A stretch of DNA of 63,429 nt, filler included, from Ionaspis alba (lineage: Eukaryota), in assembly GCA_964255285.1 (NCBI GenBank). It is 14 parts of 14 records of this genome, joined end to end, with 100 filler letters (N's around TTAATTAATTAA, not from the genome) between each part and the next. Parts side by side here need not be neighbours in the genome. Positions count along the whole stretch, not along the records: positions 9,194 to 13,683 come from CAXUUL010001099.1; positions 13,784 to 18,265 come from CAXUUL010001100.1; positions 18,366 to 22,841 come from CAXUUL010001101.1; positions 22,942 to 27,397 come from CAXUUL010001103.1; 10 more parts are not named here. One strand, written 5' to 3'. The translations under genes and the position numbers were made by a program. A model generated the notes under the pieces. That model searched no databases and had not been told where the DNA came from. It saw nothing but the letters and a program-made list of their open reading frames with translations. Shown piece after piece: positions 11,505 to 25,874 of the stretch (position 1 is the stretch's first letter; each line of letters opens with the position of its first letter).

Positions 11505-13328
11505 ATGAGAAGTTCTAGCCTGGGGAAGTTGTTCTCCAAGAATACACCCTGGACTTGTCGAAGATGTATCCAAAAAGAAAGATTCGTGGCACTACAGAAG
11601 GCGAATTTTGCTACAAGGACGGGCAGGGTCTTTGAGAGGTCGAGCAAAAGAAAGCGCGTGGCTCTGACCGCTGCTGGGGGTTCTCTGGCTGCCGGCGCAG
11701 CGTTTCTGACAGACGACGTGAAGCATGGATACATTGCAGTGGAGAGGTCAGGGAGAGTCGTTGGCACTTTGGCAGTCAACATCAATGAGTACGTCTGTAT
11801 GCTTTGACGGTGCTAAGTGCCATAAGCTGACAGACTCCACCATAGTTATCGGGTCACCCTCAACCACGAGTCAAACAACGAAGCAGAAGCAGCCTCAATA
11901 CTCAAGGCGTGCCACAAACGCTGTGCCGAACGTACACTAAAGGTTTTGGAAAAGAATGGCTCAATATTCATCAAGCTAGGGCAGCATCTAAGCAGCATGG
12001 GCTACCTGCTCCCACTGGAGTGGACGGAGACTTTCATTCCACTGCAGGACAAATGTCCCGTCTCATCCTACGAGTCAATCGAAGAGATGTTCATCAAGGA
12101 TACCGGTCAACCTATCTCTGACTTCTTCGACGACTTCGAGCACGAACCAATCGGATCAGCGTCGCTCGCCCAAGTTCACCGAGCATACATGAAAGGGACG
12201 GGACAGAAGGTCGCCGTGAAAGTCCAGCATCCAGCATTAGCGGAATGGGTACCCCTCGATATGGCCTTAACCCGCTTCACCTTCGCTACACTGAAGCGCT
12301 TCTTCCCCGAATACGACCTCGAATGGCTCTCCAACGAAATGGAGCAATCCCTACCCCAGGAACTGGACTTTGCTCTCGAAGGCCGGAACGCCATACGCGC
12401 GAGAGACTACTTCAAGAATATCCACGACGCGCCTCTCATAATACCAGATGTCAAATGGGGTCTTAAACGTATCCTAGTCATGGAATACATCTCTGGCCAC
12501 CGCCCCGACGACCTCGAATACATCGACTCAAACAATATCGACCGCGACGAAGTCTCCGCAGCCCTCTCCCGCATCTTCAATGAAATGATCTTCGGCGATG
12601 GCGCTCCTCTTCACTGTGATCCCCACGGCGGTAACATCGCCGTCCGCAAGAATACGTCAGGAGGCAGATTCAATTTCGATATCATTCTCTATGATCACGG
12701 TCTCTACCGTGATATCCCGAAGCAGTTGCGCCGTGATTATGCCAAGCTCTGGTTAGCTGTCATCGACGCTGACGAGAAGAATATGCGAAAATATGCCCAC
12801 GCCGTGGCTGGTATTACAGACGAGCAATTCCCGCTGTTTGCCAGCGCTATCACGGGTCGTGATTACCGCGTCGTCACTAAGTCCGTGGTCTCGTCTCGCT
12901 CGGAGCATGAGAAGGAAGAGATCTCGGATGCGATGGGTGATGGATTGCTGCAGCAATTGGTGCAGTTGCTTGGCTCGGTACCGCGGATCATACTGCTCAT
13001 CCTGAAAACGAATGACCTGAGTAGGTTTTGCGCTTCCACTGTCCCGTCTTTCAAAGCTGATCAGTTTGTAGCTCGGAGCCTCGACGAAAATCTTCACACC
13101 CGCCAAGGACCCGTCCGGACCTTCATGATTCTAGCCCGCTATTGCAGTCGTACTGTTTTCCAGGAGCAGATGGAGATTATTGGCCAACATGGTAGTTTGC
13201 TGTGGCCGAGAAATATGCTCCGTTTGGTGAGTGCATGGAGCTCGTATATGAGGGTTGGATTGAAGCTGTCGTTATATGAATATTACATCTCGTTGAGGAG
13301 AGCATTGGGATTGAGCATTGCGCTATAA
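11505..13328 (+). CDS. MCP2: ABC1/UbiB-family atypical kinase (ADCK1/Mcp2-like, mitochondrial)
   Basis: Arg-rich presequence; FIKLGQ; GSASLAQVH; VAVKVQHP; ELDFALEG; HCDPHGGN; YDHG; two introns (from ~11789 and 13021-13071). Confidence 0.9.
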
Positions 13329-13683
13329 GCATCAGCCTGGTGTTGAGTGGCGTAACATATCTTGGCATTTCTGCCGGGGAGGATTTATAGAAACGGACCA
13401 TTTAAAGACGTTGGTGCAAGAGCCAGTGAGGCCACGCCAGGGTATCTAACTTTTGTACATAACCGAACGACATTGCATACTGAATGTTGTAAATATGAGT
13501 AACGTCGATCAAAGAGTTCGGACCAGTATCATTCATTTGTTCAGTATGGTACAAAACTTGCTGCAGATGATTGACGGTCCCCTATCCGAAGTTCCTATAG
13601 TCACTTGTCAAAGGACCTATTCCATCAATAGGTAGTTCCCCCTTGGATACATCGGCTTCACATCCCCCCACTCTACCTTCTCC

Positions 13684-13783
13684 NNNNNNNNNNNNNNNNN
13701 NNNNNNNNNNNNNNNNNNNNNNNNNNNTTAATTAATTAANNNNNNNNNNNNNNNNNNNNNNNNNNNNNNNNNNNNNNNNNNNN
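13684..13783. other. Artificial contig linker
   Basis: 44N-TTAATTAATTAA-44N. Confidence 0.98.
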
Positions 13784-14074
13784 CCCATGCCAATGACGAA
13801 GAAAACGAAAAGACAGACCCCCATCGAGATACAGTTCCTGGACGCCAGAATGAGATGGAAAGAATTTTTGGGCGGTCCAACTGTGGTGATCGGATGGTGG
13901 CCTTCATTAATGTAGTGTAGGTTTTTGGATGCTGTTCAAGTTCGTGGCTTCGTTGGGCGGCTCCGCTCTTGGTCTCATCGCGCTATTCCAGGTCGTGTAC
14001 AGGAGATACCAAGACCAGAGCCGGATCGGAGAAAAGCCACTAGGTGGTAAATTGTAGGTTGCTCGGAGCGTCTC

Positions 14075-15602
14075 TTATGCATTCCCTGGTTTCTCTTCGG
14101 TATCAATATGCCATACGACGTAGTTCGGTAGTCCAAAGACCCCATAACCGGCTCTTTTAGCCATTTTGGCAAAACCCTCCGTCTCGGCTTGGTTCTCGAA
14201 TGAGTAGGGTGGGAAGTTGATACCTAGATTAGAGGTTGGATCTTGTTGGTTTACGTATTCCGCCTTCGAGAGAGACATACCTGATCGGTGGACATCTGCT
14301 TTCACTAAGATATTAACACCTCCAATACCATCAAGCGGTATTTCGACGTCCTTGTTCTCTCGCCAATCACCCATTTTTGCCATATATTTCCGGCCAGTTT
14401 TGTACTCCTTGTAGCCTGTTGAACGTGTGAGCATGCTGATCTTTGCAGGACGATCTTCTTGTATTTGTATAGACGTACCTTCCACCAAAATGTCATCCTT
14501 GCCCAATGTGGCAGCTAGTTCCCGTCCTTGATCGGTCTCTTGCCACGAGTTATAGTCAACTAGGAGAGGACTTTGGTTAGCAGAGGGGTGAGAGGGGAGA
14601 ATAGTGAGGGCTGTGCTTACATCTCCCTTCTATGTCAGCGCCGTTCCTATAACGATGAAACCAAATATCTGTGACACTTATCAGCAGTCACGCCACGTCC
14701 ATTGGATCATTCTGCCCTTACTAGGTACAAGTATGTCCCGATCATGCGCCATGAAGTCCTCCAGAATCGGTCGGGGACTATCCTGAATATCTACATCCCG
14801 CCAGTATACCCACGAGTGCTCTGGCTGTAGTGCACTATAGAGGAGGTAGTTCCTCGCCTTTGCGATCGCTATCCGTCTTGGTGCTTGTGCTGCAAAGCCG
14901 TGTCTGTCTTCGACGTTTTGCATATGAGTGACACCGAAAGTCTTTTCGACGATCTTGGCGCTGCGGAATGGAATGGTATCTGTGCGCTTCTGGACCCGGT
15001 CGAGCTCAGCAGCAAGCACCGCCATGGTGTCGTCAGTGCTGTCGCCAACGAGGAAGGCGAGATCGATGAGATTGTGGGGGTATGTAAGTTCGGAGAGGAG
15101 ATCAAAGTATTTATTTATGTAGGGAGAGGCGTCTCGGAGGGGCGTGAGGATTAGGACTCGTTCTCGATTTGCGACGGCTTTCTTGGTAGACTCAATGGGG
15201 TTCAGGTTGATGTGTTCTATCGTGCTCGAGTTGATTTCAAGTGGAGCGTGGTGGTTGAAGAGGACCGGTGTTTGTAGGCCATGCCAATCTGCTTGTTCAT
15301 TGGGCGTCATATGCATTGGTGATTTTGCAGGACCGAAACAGTAGAATCTAGAGTACGTAGAGCTCGAATCAGCCAAGGTTCCACGATCTGCTCTCCAGAA
15401 AATGTCATCGAAGCTTTGGATAGGCGTACCTCTGCATATCTCCAGCGGAGGTGCTTACGCCGCGCCATAAAAGCAATATTATGCCAGCAACGCCGACAAG
15501 AAGCAGAAATCGTGTTCGAAAGACAAAATTGTAAATGGCTCGCGATGGCGGCAACCGTGCCTGCGTCGACTTCCAGGTCAATCCACCTTTGGGGAGTAAC
15601 AT
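14075..15602 (-). CDS. ANP1: Golgi mannan polymerase subunit, Anp1/Van1/Mnn9 family (GT62)
   Basis: Type II TM N-terminus; RVLILTPLRDA; WVYWRDVD (DxD); LDGIGGV; ETEGFAKMAKRAGY..GLPNY; four introns. The paralog assignment is less certain than the family. Confidence 0.88.
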
Positions 15603-16204
15603 GGTTGCGCAGCGAAAGGAATGGGAGAAGTGAAGAAGAAAGAGAAGAAGCCCGCGCGGCCTCACGACCGTTAATCCGTCGTGCTGCCAATCGCTTCGCA
15701 AGAAAGAGGAATTAGAGAACAATCGTCAGATGCAAAGTCAAAGTGACGTCTCGGCGTCTGCTTCTGGTCTGTCGAAGGGCGCTCTGCGACGGGCTTTCGT
15801 AACGAGCGTGAAGAGGTTGAGGGATTGAAAATCGAAGGATGTCCGGCTCATGCCCCTGATTGGTTCAAGGGAAGATTTCGGATCAAGCGAGATCGTAGAT
15901 AATGGTTGAGAACCCGCCACTCGCGTCTAAGAATACATTTCAAGATCTTCAACCGCTTCGTTATTGACTCGAGAAGGCCAAGCCATCCATAAAATCATGC
16001 TTTTGGGGTTGGCGGTGATGCTGCAGCCTCTCACCTGAGCCTTCTGCGGCGCGAAGGGCGTTTCTAACGTTCAACGTCCAATTTGCTTCTGCATTGATCC
16101 TAGCACACCCCTGATAGGCGCGTATTGACCCTCAAGGATTGAAGGACCTGATTCTGCACGAAATCTAAAGCACGTCCATGATAGCGTGGGACTCAGTAGG
16201 CTTT

Positions 16205-17374
16205 CTACTCGATTTTCTCTCCCGCTCCAGCCTTCACCATCGCCATCTCACTAAACTCCCACAACTTTCTCTGCTCCACCTCATCCTTCGCCACAGCCGT
16301 TGGCTCTTCTTCCTCACATCTAAGATACCAATTCGCCCAAGACCACACCGGGACCCAATACTGCCCATGGATATCTCTCTCCCTCACGTCCTTACTCGCC
16401 GCAAGCCATACCTGGGTCTTCGCCGAGTCCTCAACTGTGTTTGCTAACATGATACAAGTCTCCTTGATAGCACGCTGTAACCAACGAAATCTGGGCCCCA
16501 CCGTTCCTTCTCCGAAACCGGTTTCACCTGCAACACCTGCTCCTTGTCTTAGCTCAGCTCGCAACAACATAAGGACTGTCGAAGCACCTACCAGGATGAC
16601 AAGCATTGCAATAAACATTCCTCACGCCCCTCTCCCTCAGCCTCCTATCCAATTCCCTCGTGAAGTATATATTCGCCAACTTCGCTCTTCCATAGTGTCC
16701 CCACGTCGCAAAATAATGCCACCACCTGCTCCCATCCGTTGGCAACGCCGTAGTCAACATTTCATAGTCGAGCTTGCCGGCATGTTTGTAAGCTTTTGCC
16801 CCAACCACCACTATCCGTGCGTCGCCATGTAATTTCGCCGTCTCCTCAATCAGACCTGCTTCTTGGTTAGTCACCTTTCGTGCCTCGCGACTTATATGAT
16901 ATCCTTACCCAGAAGGCCTGTCACGAAAGCAAAATGCCCTAGATGATTCGTCGCAAACGCCCGCTCATATCCATCCACGGACAATTGATCTCTATACAGC
17001 ATCCCAATCCCCGCATTCGCAACCAAGATATCCAGTCTCTTCACTTTTTCACAGAAGTCTCTCGCAGACGCCTTAGCCTCTTCGATTGATGCCAGATCCA
17101 GTGGGTGAAATTTGATTACTCCATGATTTTGGCCTGCTAAACGCGCCTCGGCGTTCGCAATGGCTTGGAGACTTTTGGCTTTATTGCGGGAGGCGACGTA
17201 GACGGTGCAGCCTTTGAGGGCGAGGAGGATGGTAGTTTCGAGGCCGATGCCGCTGGCACCGCTGGGAAGGGCTATCAGTGATGTGACTGGAATGGTAGCT
17301 GTGACCTACCCCGTAACGATGGCGACTTTGCCTGTGAGATCCTCGAGCGAGGCCAGGAAGTCTTGAGTTGTCAT
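16205..17374 (-). CDS. Short-chain dehydrogenase/reductase (retinol dehydrogenase-like)
   Basis: GKVAIVTG/GASGIGLET; LDILVANAGIG; NHLGHF; YGRAKLAN (YxxxK); NACHPG; three introns. Confidence 0.92.
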
Positions 17375-18265
17375 GGTGCTGGGTCAAGTGAGTGGTTGTG
17401 GCTTCAACTTCGACCTCTGGAAGCCGGTGTGCTAAGGGTTCGGCGGAATCAACGGAAGTGTTGAGGTGAGGCTCATTATGTGGTCAATGCGAAAGTCATT
17501 GAACAACACGAAGCGTAAGCTCATCTAAGCAATCAGCCACATTCATATTAGGCCTTTACTTCTCTGTCGGCTTGTGACGCAAGCCACTGGTCGACAGCCA
17601 ACAGACCCGAAGGCCGAATCGTGGTTGGCATGCCCGCCGAATCGTCCCCAGCAGAGGATAATCTGGAAACGGAAGTCTCCATAATTAGGGTTATCCTGGT
17701 TGGCCAAGAGCCCCAGCGCCCAGTCTTCCTCAGGGACCCTCCTTGATGGAGCCTTGAATTCTTCAATCTCTCCTGAACCTGGAAAGAATACGAGCATGAG
17801 TAAAGCCGCAGTCACGAATAATGGGAGCGCATATTTTCAAGAACGTGCAATCTCGTATAACCTGAGTTGCTGGTCGTACAATTGTGGTAGGTAGCACAAA
17901 TTCGGCACTTACCGCTATAGATACCTGAAGAATTATGCAAGATCGTCCAGTAAACTGTGCGTGCATATCATCAGGCGCATATCATTCGCATGCTCATGGG
18001 TTTCATGTGATTGGATGATATAGACGCGCGCCAACCCTTGTGCGTCTCCGGTAGTGGCATCCACGCTACGCACTGTCAAGGAGGGAAAGAGCCAAGGGGA
18101 TCGGACAATAGTTTAACCGCCAGTAGCGTAGTCCAGATAGTACTTCTTGCCCTCTAGGTACTTAGAAAATACACATCTTGCACCTCATCGCTGGCAGTAC
18201 AGTTTTCTCAGCACAAAAGATACCTCATTCAACTCGAATAAGTCTCACCACGATTGACGAGCTCC

Positions 18266-18365
18266 NNNNNNNNNNNNNNNNNNNNNNNNNNNNNNNNNNN
18301 NNNNNNNNNTTAATTAATTAANNNNNNNNNNNNNNNNNNNNNNNNNNNNNNNNNNNNNNNNNNNN
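18266..18365. other. Artificial contig linker
   Basis: 44N-TTAATTAATTAA-44N. Confidence 0.98.
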
Positions 18366-18395
18366 ACGAAGTCTGACAAGCCCTCCCATGCATAG

Positions 18396-18626
18396 ACTTC
18401 TATGAGGATTAATCAAAATCATAGGTCGGAAGAAACGCATGCCAACAAACCTAACGACATCATGGCAGCCGTAATCATCTATGATGAAGAGGCATTCGTC
18501 GATACCACCGACACGCAGGACAACGACCCGATTTTTCAATTACTTCTCGGCATGTTATTATGCGTCTTCTTGGGGATGTGTTTGATGATTTTCGCGCATG
18601 TTGTGTTAGGCGTGCGTTGGGACTGA
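18396..18626 (+). CDS. Possible terminal exon of a protein with a C-terminal TM helix
   Basis: CTGAC..CATAG acceptor-like site at the contig start, then an open frame ending in hydrophobic IFQLLLGMLLCVFLGMCLMIFAHVVLGV. Confidence 0.35.
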   Translation, partial: TSMRINQNHRSEETHANKPNDIMAAVIIYDEEAFVDTTDTQDNDPIFQLLLGMLLCVFLGMCLMIFAHVVLGVRWD

Positions 18627-19557
18627 GAAGGACTATCAATGATAGAAGAGGTACTCGATGATGGGGAGGACTTCATGATATCATGTTGTGCTTAAAGCTT
18701 GGAAATCGATACATGGTGCTTGGGTGACCTCCCTGGCGTTATATTATGAAGTTGGATTTCAAAACGCAAGAAACACATCTTTTTCTAGTGGATAAAAAAA
18801 TTATAATCTAAGGGTTTCCTCAGATCCTTGCAAGCTGTCGTTCATCCTGTCATCCACCAATATGGTCACTGTGTAAATGATAGTTGAATAATCGCGATAG
18901 AAGGTAATCTTATCCTACCGAGGTTGAGGAGACTACGACGTCATAGGCTAGATTGAGTAGCTAGCGCTGCTACCTACTCCTCCCTAGTGCCAATTGCTAA
19001 TTCTAGATTCGCGAAAATTGCCACCTGGATGAAACACGAACACCACTGTTTCAGACCATCCATGACATGACATCGAGTTTGTTAGACTGCCGTCCACAAT
19101 AGCCTTTTCCGCCCATCTGGAATCCACAACTGACAGCTGTGTCTTCGCTTGGTGTCCATGAGCTCTTCCGTGGATGAAGCCGTTCCTGGCAGCCCTAGCT
19201 GACCTCAACGGACTAGCCCCCTGAACTCTGGAGCTAGCCGGCGCATCATTGCGCAACATCACAACAGCCCTCAACCAGCAACGAGTCGTGACAGAGACAA
19301 ACGTCGGTGCCTTAGCTGCTATCGGCACTGTCATTGAGGCTTGCTGCAACTCTATAGAGGTAGAATCTCGAACAGAGTCAGCGCTTCATCAAGTGTCGCG
19401 TGCCTCGGTCGCGCTGCTGGAGGACAACTGTTTGGAAGGTCAACAGGAAACGGTTTTCCTCAATACGACCAACGCGAAAGATATCCTAACCTCCCCTCCA
19501 CACTCTCCAGAAGGGTGATTGCACCCATCTGGAGAGCTGCTCGGCGGTCTCACTGCT

Positions 19558-22500
19558 ATGGCATTGGCGACTCACCCACCAAACGACAGGAAACGAGTAA
19601 AGGTTTATGAGCTCAGGAATAATGACTGGTTCGACAGAGGAACGGGATTCTGTACTGGCCAGGTCGTCTGCGTGAGGATACACTCTCCCATCTTGATGTA
19701 CCCGATGCTTGGAATGATCCCGTAATATGTGACGGGACGGATAGTTGGCGAGATCGGTGGGCAATGCATGACATTTTCTGACGGACACATATTAGGACGA
19801 GTCCAAGATATATGTTGAATCGGAAGATCAACTAGAGCGCATACTCCTGGAGACAAAGATCTCGAAAGATGATGGCTATCAGAAACAAGGAGGTGATAAA
19901 AACTCACACTCTTTGGAGGTAGCAGATGCTAAAGGGGGGCATAGACACGCTCATCGTATGGACGGAGTCGAATGGAACAGATATGGCGTTGAGCTTTCAA
20001 GAAGCCGAGGGCTGCGCAGCGATATGGTTAGTGCAGGATGTTGGCCGAAGAGAAGTCGGATCACGACGCAAGCACCAGAGGCGTTGTTTGTTTGGATGGC
20101 TAACCACTAGGATCATAGGGATTTTGTCAGCCAAGTACAACAACATCTATTGGCTCTTGGAGGTCCAGGTACATCTTAGAATTTTCTTTTTTGCAGAATC
20201 CCCTTGCTTGCCAAACCGCCGCTAATCTGGCATGTGCATCCTTTACAGATGACACGCTTTCCGACGACGCCATGGACAGCTCTCCGAACCCCGTGAGGCT
20301 CCCATCTCCAGAGCTTGGAAATCTGGCAGATATCGATCAAATAATGCGCGTTGCTACCTCGTCACCGCAAGGGCGAGATTCGCTGTCAAAATTCGTTATA
20401 AGCGAGGAATATATTCAGCGGATAGTGCCCTTGGTGGAAATGGCAGAAGATTTGGAGTCGCTTCCCGATCTTCATCGGCTATGCAACATCATGAAGATGT
20501 TGATACTATTGAATGACTCCCAGATAATCGAGACGGTAGTCAGCGACCAGGTAGTCCTTGGGGTTGTCGGCGCGCTAGAGTGTAAGCTCCTACGCAGCGC
20601 TCTACCACATAGCACAGCTGAATCTAACTGTCAACCAGATGACCAAGACTTTCCACAACACAAAGCGAACCATCGACAGTACCTGAAAGATCCGTCACGT
20701 TTTAAGGAGGTGGTACCTATTAAAGAGGAGGCGATCCAGAGGAAAATTCACTCTACATGGCGATTACAATATCTTAAAGACGTCGTTCTAGCTAGGATAC
20801 TCGATGATCCCACCTTTTCCGTTCTAAATTCCCTCATCTTTTTCAACCAAGTCGACATTGTCACCCACCTCCAACAAAACTCCGAGTTCTTAAGGGATCT
20901 CTTCAGCATCATCGACTCTCCGGACATTGAACCAAGGAAAAAAAAGGATGCTGTCTGTTTTATCCAACAATGCTGCGCCATTGCAAAGAACCTCCAAGCA
21001 CCGGCTCGTGCGAGTCTGTACTCGAACTTCGTCTCGAATGGGCTGCTCAACGTGATCACGTACGCTTTGCTGAATAAGGATGCTTCGACTAGAATCGCGG
21101 GGACAGACATCCTAGTCGCCATGATCGACCATGACCCTGGAATGATGCGTCTTTACATCTTCCAGTCTGTGAGCGAAAAGAAGAAACCCCTGACGGATAC
21201 TTTGATTGAACTGCTTCTGGTAGAGGTCGATTTGGGGGTAAAGTCTCAAGCAGCAGATGCTCTCAAAGTACTCCTCGATCCTCAGACGACACCACCACAA
21301 ACACAAGACCCTGCCCCCAGGACCAACGTCGACTTCCTGACGAAGTTGCGTGGAAACATACAAAGATTGCCCGAGTCGTTCATCCAAAAATTCTACGACG
21401 ACGCAGCTACGAAGCTCTTTCAGCCGTTGAAGAGCCTAGAGAAACGGGAGTCAGGTAAGAGAAGGATTCTTGCAGACCGTGAGCTATAGAAATGCTGATA
21501 CCCTCGCGCGTTTTAGTGCAAAATCTCACCTTCAACGAAGTCGCCCTCTTCATGCACCTTATCGAAATCCTAATGTTCTTTGTCCGACAACACCTCTTCC
21601 GAAGTAGGTTCATGCTACTAAGTGAAGGTCTTGTCGCGCGGATAGCTCAGCTTCTCTCTGCTCCGCAGAAGCATTTGAAACTCAGTAAGTACACTCAAGT
21701 CGCGAACAGACAAAGTGCTGACAGGATCTTAGCTGCCTTGAAATTCTTCCGCATTTGCATTGGATTGAACGATGCATGGTACAATGAGCAACTCATAAAA
21801 TATCGGTGCTTCAGTCCAATACTAGACATGGTATTCGAGACGATGCCGCGAGACAATCTGGTAAACTCAGCCTGCCTCGAATTTTTCGAGTTCATCAAAC
21901 GGGAGAACATCAAGCCCCTGATCAGACATATTGCGGAGACGTACCGGGAGAAACTTCAAGACATCACATATGTTGACCTATTCCAAGAACTCGTACTACG
22001 ATATGACCAGATGCAAGACTACAACCCCGAAATGGAACACAGCCTGTTCCCTCAGGAGGATGACAGTACTCCATCGAGGGTGAAAATGAATGGAAGCCAG
22101 CGATGGCAAGGGGTGAAAGAAATGGATGCTGCAGAAGAGGAGTACTTCAATACGTCCGACGACGAAGATGAGCTCGCAGCCAAGCCCAAAGTTCTATCAC
22201 CGGCAACGAACGGAGTATCTCCACTCTCGAAACCACTCGTAGACTACCCTCTCGACGAAGACGACGACGAATCCACCGAAATCAAGTTCCGCGACATCGG
22301 CAGCGCAACCTCGCCATCCGCAGCCGATGCAGACACATCCTCCACTCTACCCGCCGACACATCATCACCTCGGACAACCACACCCATACCTCAAACCCCA
22401 CCAGAACGACTCTCGGAGAAACGAAGAAGAGAAGACGACGAAGAAGACGAGCTGGGGAAACTCTCCCTCATAAAACGACGCAGCTCTTCCATATCTTCCG

Positions 22501-22649
22501 TTGGCAGCAAAACCAACAATGCACCTAATTTCCTGCGCCGAAAGAAAAGCTTCATTACGAACAAAGATTCGCCAGCAGGGAAAAAGATCGCGATATCCTT
22601 GTCCGTCAAGCCGATAGAAATGGAGCCCGCAAGAGACGAAGGAGGGTGA
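19558..22649 (+). CDS. PSY2: Protein phosphatase 4 regulatory subunit 3 (Psy2/SMEK)
   Basis: RKRVKVYEL..NDWFDRGTG EVH1-like start; DTLIVWTE; MALSFQEAEGC; RLQYLKDVVLARILDD; NLVNSACLEFFEFI; LVDY; seven GT-AG introns. Confidence 0.95.
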
Positions 22650-22841
22650 ATAGACCATGATGTTCAGGGAATGGGCGACGGCATTCAGAAGATCAAAGCT
22701 GGTGACGTGTCCAGCAAAGCAGCGTTCCGGCGTCATTCAGAGGTATTGGGACTTGCATGATCTGTATCATATTCAGGTACCGCATTGACGAGCTGAAATG
22801 GAGATGGCTGCTTCTTGCGGAGAGCCTTTTAGATATCCCGA

Positions 22842-22941
22842 NNNNNNNNNNNNNNNNNNNNNNNNNNNNNNNNNNNNNNNNNNNNTTAATTAATTAANNN
22901 NNNNNNNNNNNNNNNNNNNNNNNNNNNNNNNNNNNNNNNNN
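22842..22941. other. Artificial contig linker
   Basis: 44N-TTAATTAATTAA-44N. Confidence 0.98.
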
Positions 22942-22950
22942 GTTCTCCTA

Positions 22951-24769
22951 TTACCATCCCTCGAGAACCGTCATCCGCAACGGTATACCACCTTTCGGTC
23001 GCGAAGTAATGCTCGTTTCGATATCAATAACAGCCTCCTTATCCACCTGCTCGAACTCGAATCGTCCAACAACAGCCGCCAATAAGCACGCGAACTCCGC
23101 CTTTGCGAAAGCTTGACCGATACACGATCTCGGTCCTTATCAGGGTGTCAGCGTACGCTCGTCCAAAAAAAAAGCCAGAGTGGCAAATCTTACCGTGAAG
23201 GAATGTCAAGAAAGCGTAATTGCTTTCGGCACCACCAGTATTCGCCTTTCCAGGACCCATCCACCTATCAGGTTTGAACTCCAAACCGTCTTCACCCCAG
23301 AGGTCCCTGCCGGTGTTCACAGCGTACGGCGAGAGAATGATGTCTGTCCCCTTGGGCACAAATTGCTTCAGGATATACGTGTCCTTGGCAGTCTCTCGCC
23401 TGGTGATAGGTACAGGTGAGTATAATCTTAGGACTTCGTTGCAAACGGCATGGAGATATGGCAGACGGTCCATTAATTCAGCAGTAATCAGCTTCGGATC
23501 CTCTTCGATCGAGGGAAGATTCGCTCTGATCTCCTCTCTCAGACGTCTCTGCATTTCAGGATGTTTTGCGAGCATCAGTAGCGCCCACGTAGTCGCGGAA
23601 GCAGTGGTCTCGTGTCCAGCTGCCAGGAAGGTCATCAATTGATCCACGAGTTGCTCTTCCGTAAAGCCGCCCGACTCGAGCGCGACAGATAAAATGTCTT
23701 TATCGACTCGTTCTTCCTTGGCTTCCAACTTCAACTGCTTCTGTCGTATCAAGTTACGCGACACACTTCTGATCGTGGCCGAAGCGGCAGCAATGTCATC
23801 GTTCCTCTTCACAGGAAGCAAACGGAGAAACCAAATAGGAATAAACATGCCAAGCAGTTGCATCATTCTAGCCTGCTTTGACGGTGCGAATACCTTACGG
23901 TAGGTGACGTTAAGTTCAGCCTCGGGGTCGTGAATCGCATTGAAGTTCTGGCCCATTCCAGCTACCCCAATAATGTCCAGTGTGGCTCGGCTCAGCCATT
24001 GTCCCATCTCAACCTCGGACGTAGGTGCTCCCTTCTCATGTCCGGCTTTGGCGGCATCGGTCTTTATCTGAGTGGTGACAGTTTTGACCAAGTCTCCAGA
24101 GATCGACCAAAAAGTAGGATAGAGGTCCTTGATATGTCTGTATGCAAAAGCCGGCATCAGATGCCTACGCTGGGTCTGTAATACTTATTAGCCTGAAGTT
24201 TATATCAGATTAAAAGCAGTATGCACCTTATGCTCCTCTCCCTCTGCGACCAGGATTCCGATACCTAAAATCCGCCCTATAGCTTGACGGAGTTGTGCAG
24301 GCTTCACGAAGTCATAGTTTCTCTGAACCAAAACCTCGCCCAATGCTTTTGGGCTAGTTACGAGTAATCTTTCTGTATTGAAGAGCACCCGGTATCGAAT
24401 CAAACCCTCGTTCGGGACCTCGTTAATCCATCTCTGCTGGGGCATGCCCGTTGGTTCTTTCAGGATAAACTTGAAATGGCCATTGAGCCAGTTTCCACCC
24501 TGCGTGACCGAGTCCATTAGCCAGGCTCAAGCCGCATGTTTTCTTTCCAATGTCCTTACTTTTGGCTCCGGCACATTTCGAATAGGGCTCAAGAAGTTGG
24601 GATATATCAGGACCTTACAGGTGCCGATAATGAGAAAATGGACGAAGAAAATGTTGAGGAACGTCAAGGCGTAAGAGCCCGCAATCGAGTATGTTGCGAA
24701 AAACCGCACGACGATAGCGGCATCGATTGCAGAGTTCACGCAAGCGAGTTTCCACCAAGGAATGCCCAT
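22951..24769 (-). CDS. Cytochrome P450 (possibly CYP617-like)
   Basis: N-terminal TM anchor; I-helix FLAAGHETT; EVLR; FKPDRW; heme loop FLHG/PRSCIG across the last intron; TAA at 22951-22953. Confidence 0.95.
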
Positions 24770-25874
24770 GATTGGATAGTCGATGTATATCTGCCCCGAT
24801 GGGTAAAGCTGTCCACTAATGTAGCTCGATGAGCGCTTGTGAGATTATAGTAGGATGGAAGGGCGGTTGACCGAGGTTTCGATGCGCTTATCGATGCAGG
24901 GACCTGACAAAGCGTTTAGGCAATAGCGAGACTCACAAGCAATCGGCAGAGAACAGTTCGACAATCAGAACAGAAGAGAAGAGAAGCTGGACAGTGGCCT
25001 TAATGATATTACTGTTTCTGCCTGGAGGAAGAGTAACGTCACGAACTAACAGCCAGCTCTACGGCATATCCCACCGGAGCCAACCTTTCGTCGGAGTCGG
25101 GTCGGCTCATGTTCCAGCCCGATACTCGCTTACCTTGCCGAATCAGCCGCCTCTATGCCTATCAGCTACACTTCAACAGCAGAGGCATTACCGAGCAGGA
25201 TTCCTCAACGGAACGGATGTCAAGTGACCAGGATGTCCGGCGTCAGGATGTACTTGTGTGTATTCACATCCTAGAAGAACTTCATCTCCACTACCCCGGC
25301 GTTGCATCCCTCTGTACTTATTCTGGAGTCAATGCCCTCCTTCATCCCTGTGTCAAAGAGCCCAAGGACCACCAACAATCCATCTCTGACAGCCACTGCC
25401 TCCTCGACATGCTATTGGTCTATGTTTCAGCATTCTTGTGCTGTGACAAATGGCCCCTCGCGCAATCTGCAGCCTTACCTGAGATTGGCATCTCCACTGC
25501 CTTGATTCAGTGATCATGCTTCGGAATCCTTTTCTTCGTGTACCGAATTACTGTGCGGATTCGATATTGACCCGCATAGATTTTCTCTTCTGCTGAAGAC
25601 AGCAAATTGACGAGCGTCCTCCAGATTCGTTTCTGCGTCAATCCGAAGGGACGAAGCCTTGGTATTCGTCTCCCTTCTACGTCTCACCTGCCGGTTCTAC
25701 TGTCGAATTGAGCGAGAGGTCTTGATCTCACGACTATACAACTGGGCTTGCAAAATCCGATAATTAAGTGGTTCTGGACCTGCTATGGGTCGACGTATCA
25801 CCAGGCTGGCAGTAGGGGTATAAGCGCAGCACACCGCAAGCTCCTTCATTTCGTCCATACTTACCCTGCAGTTT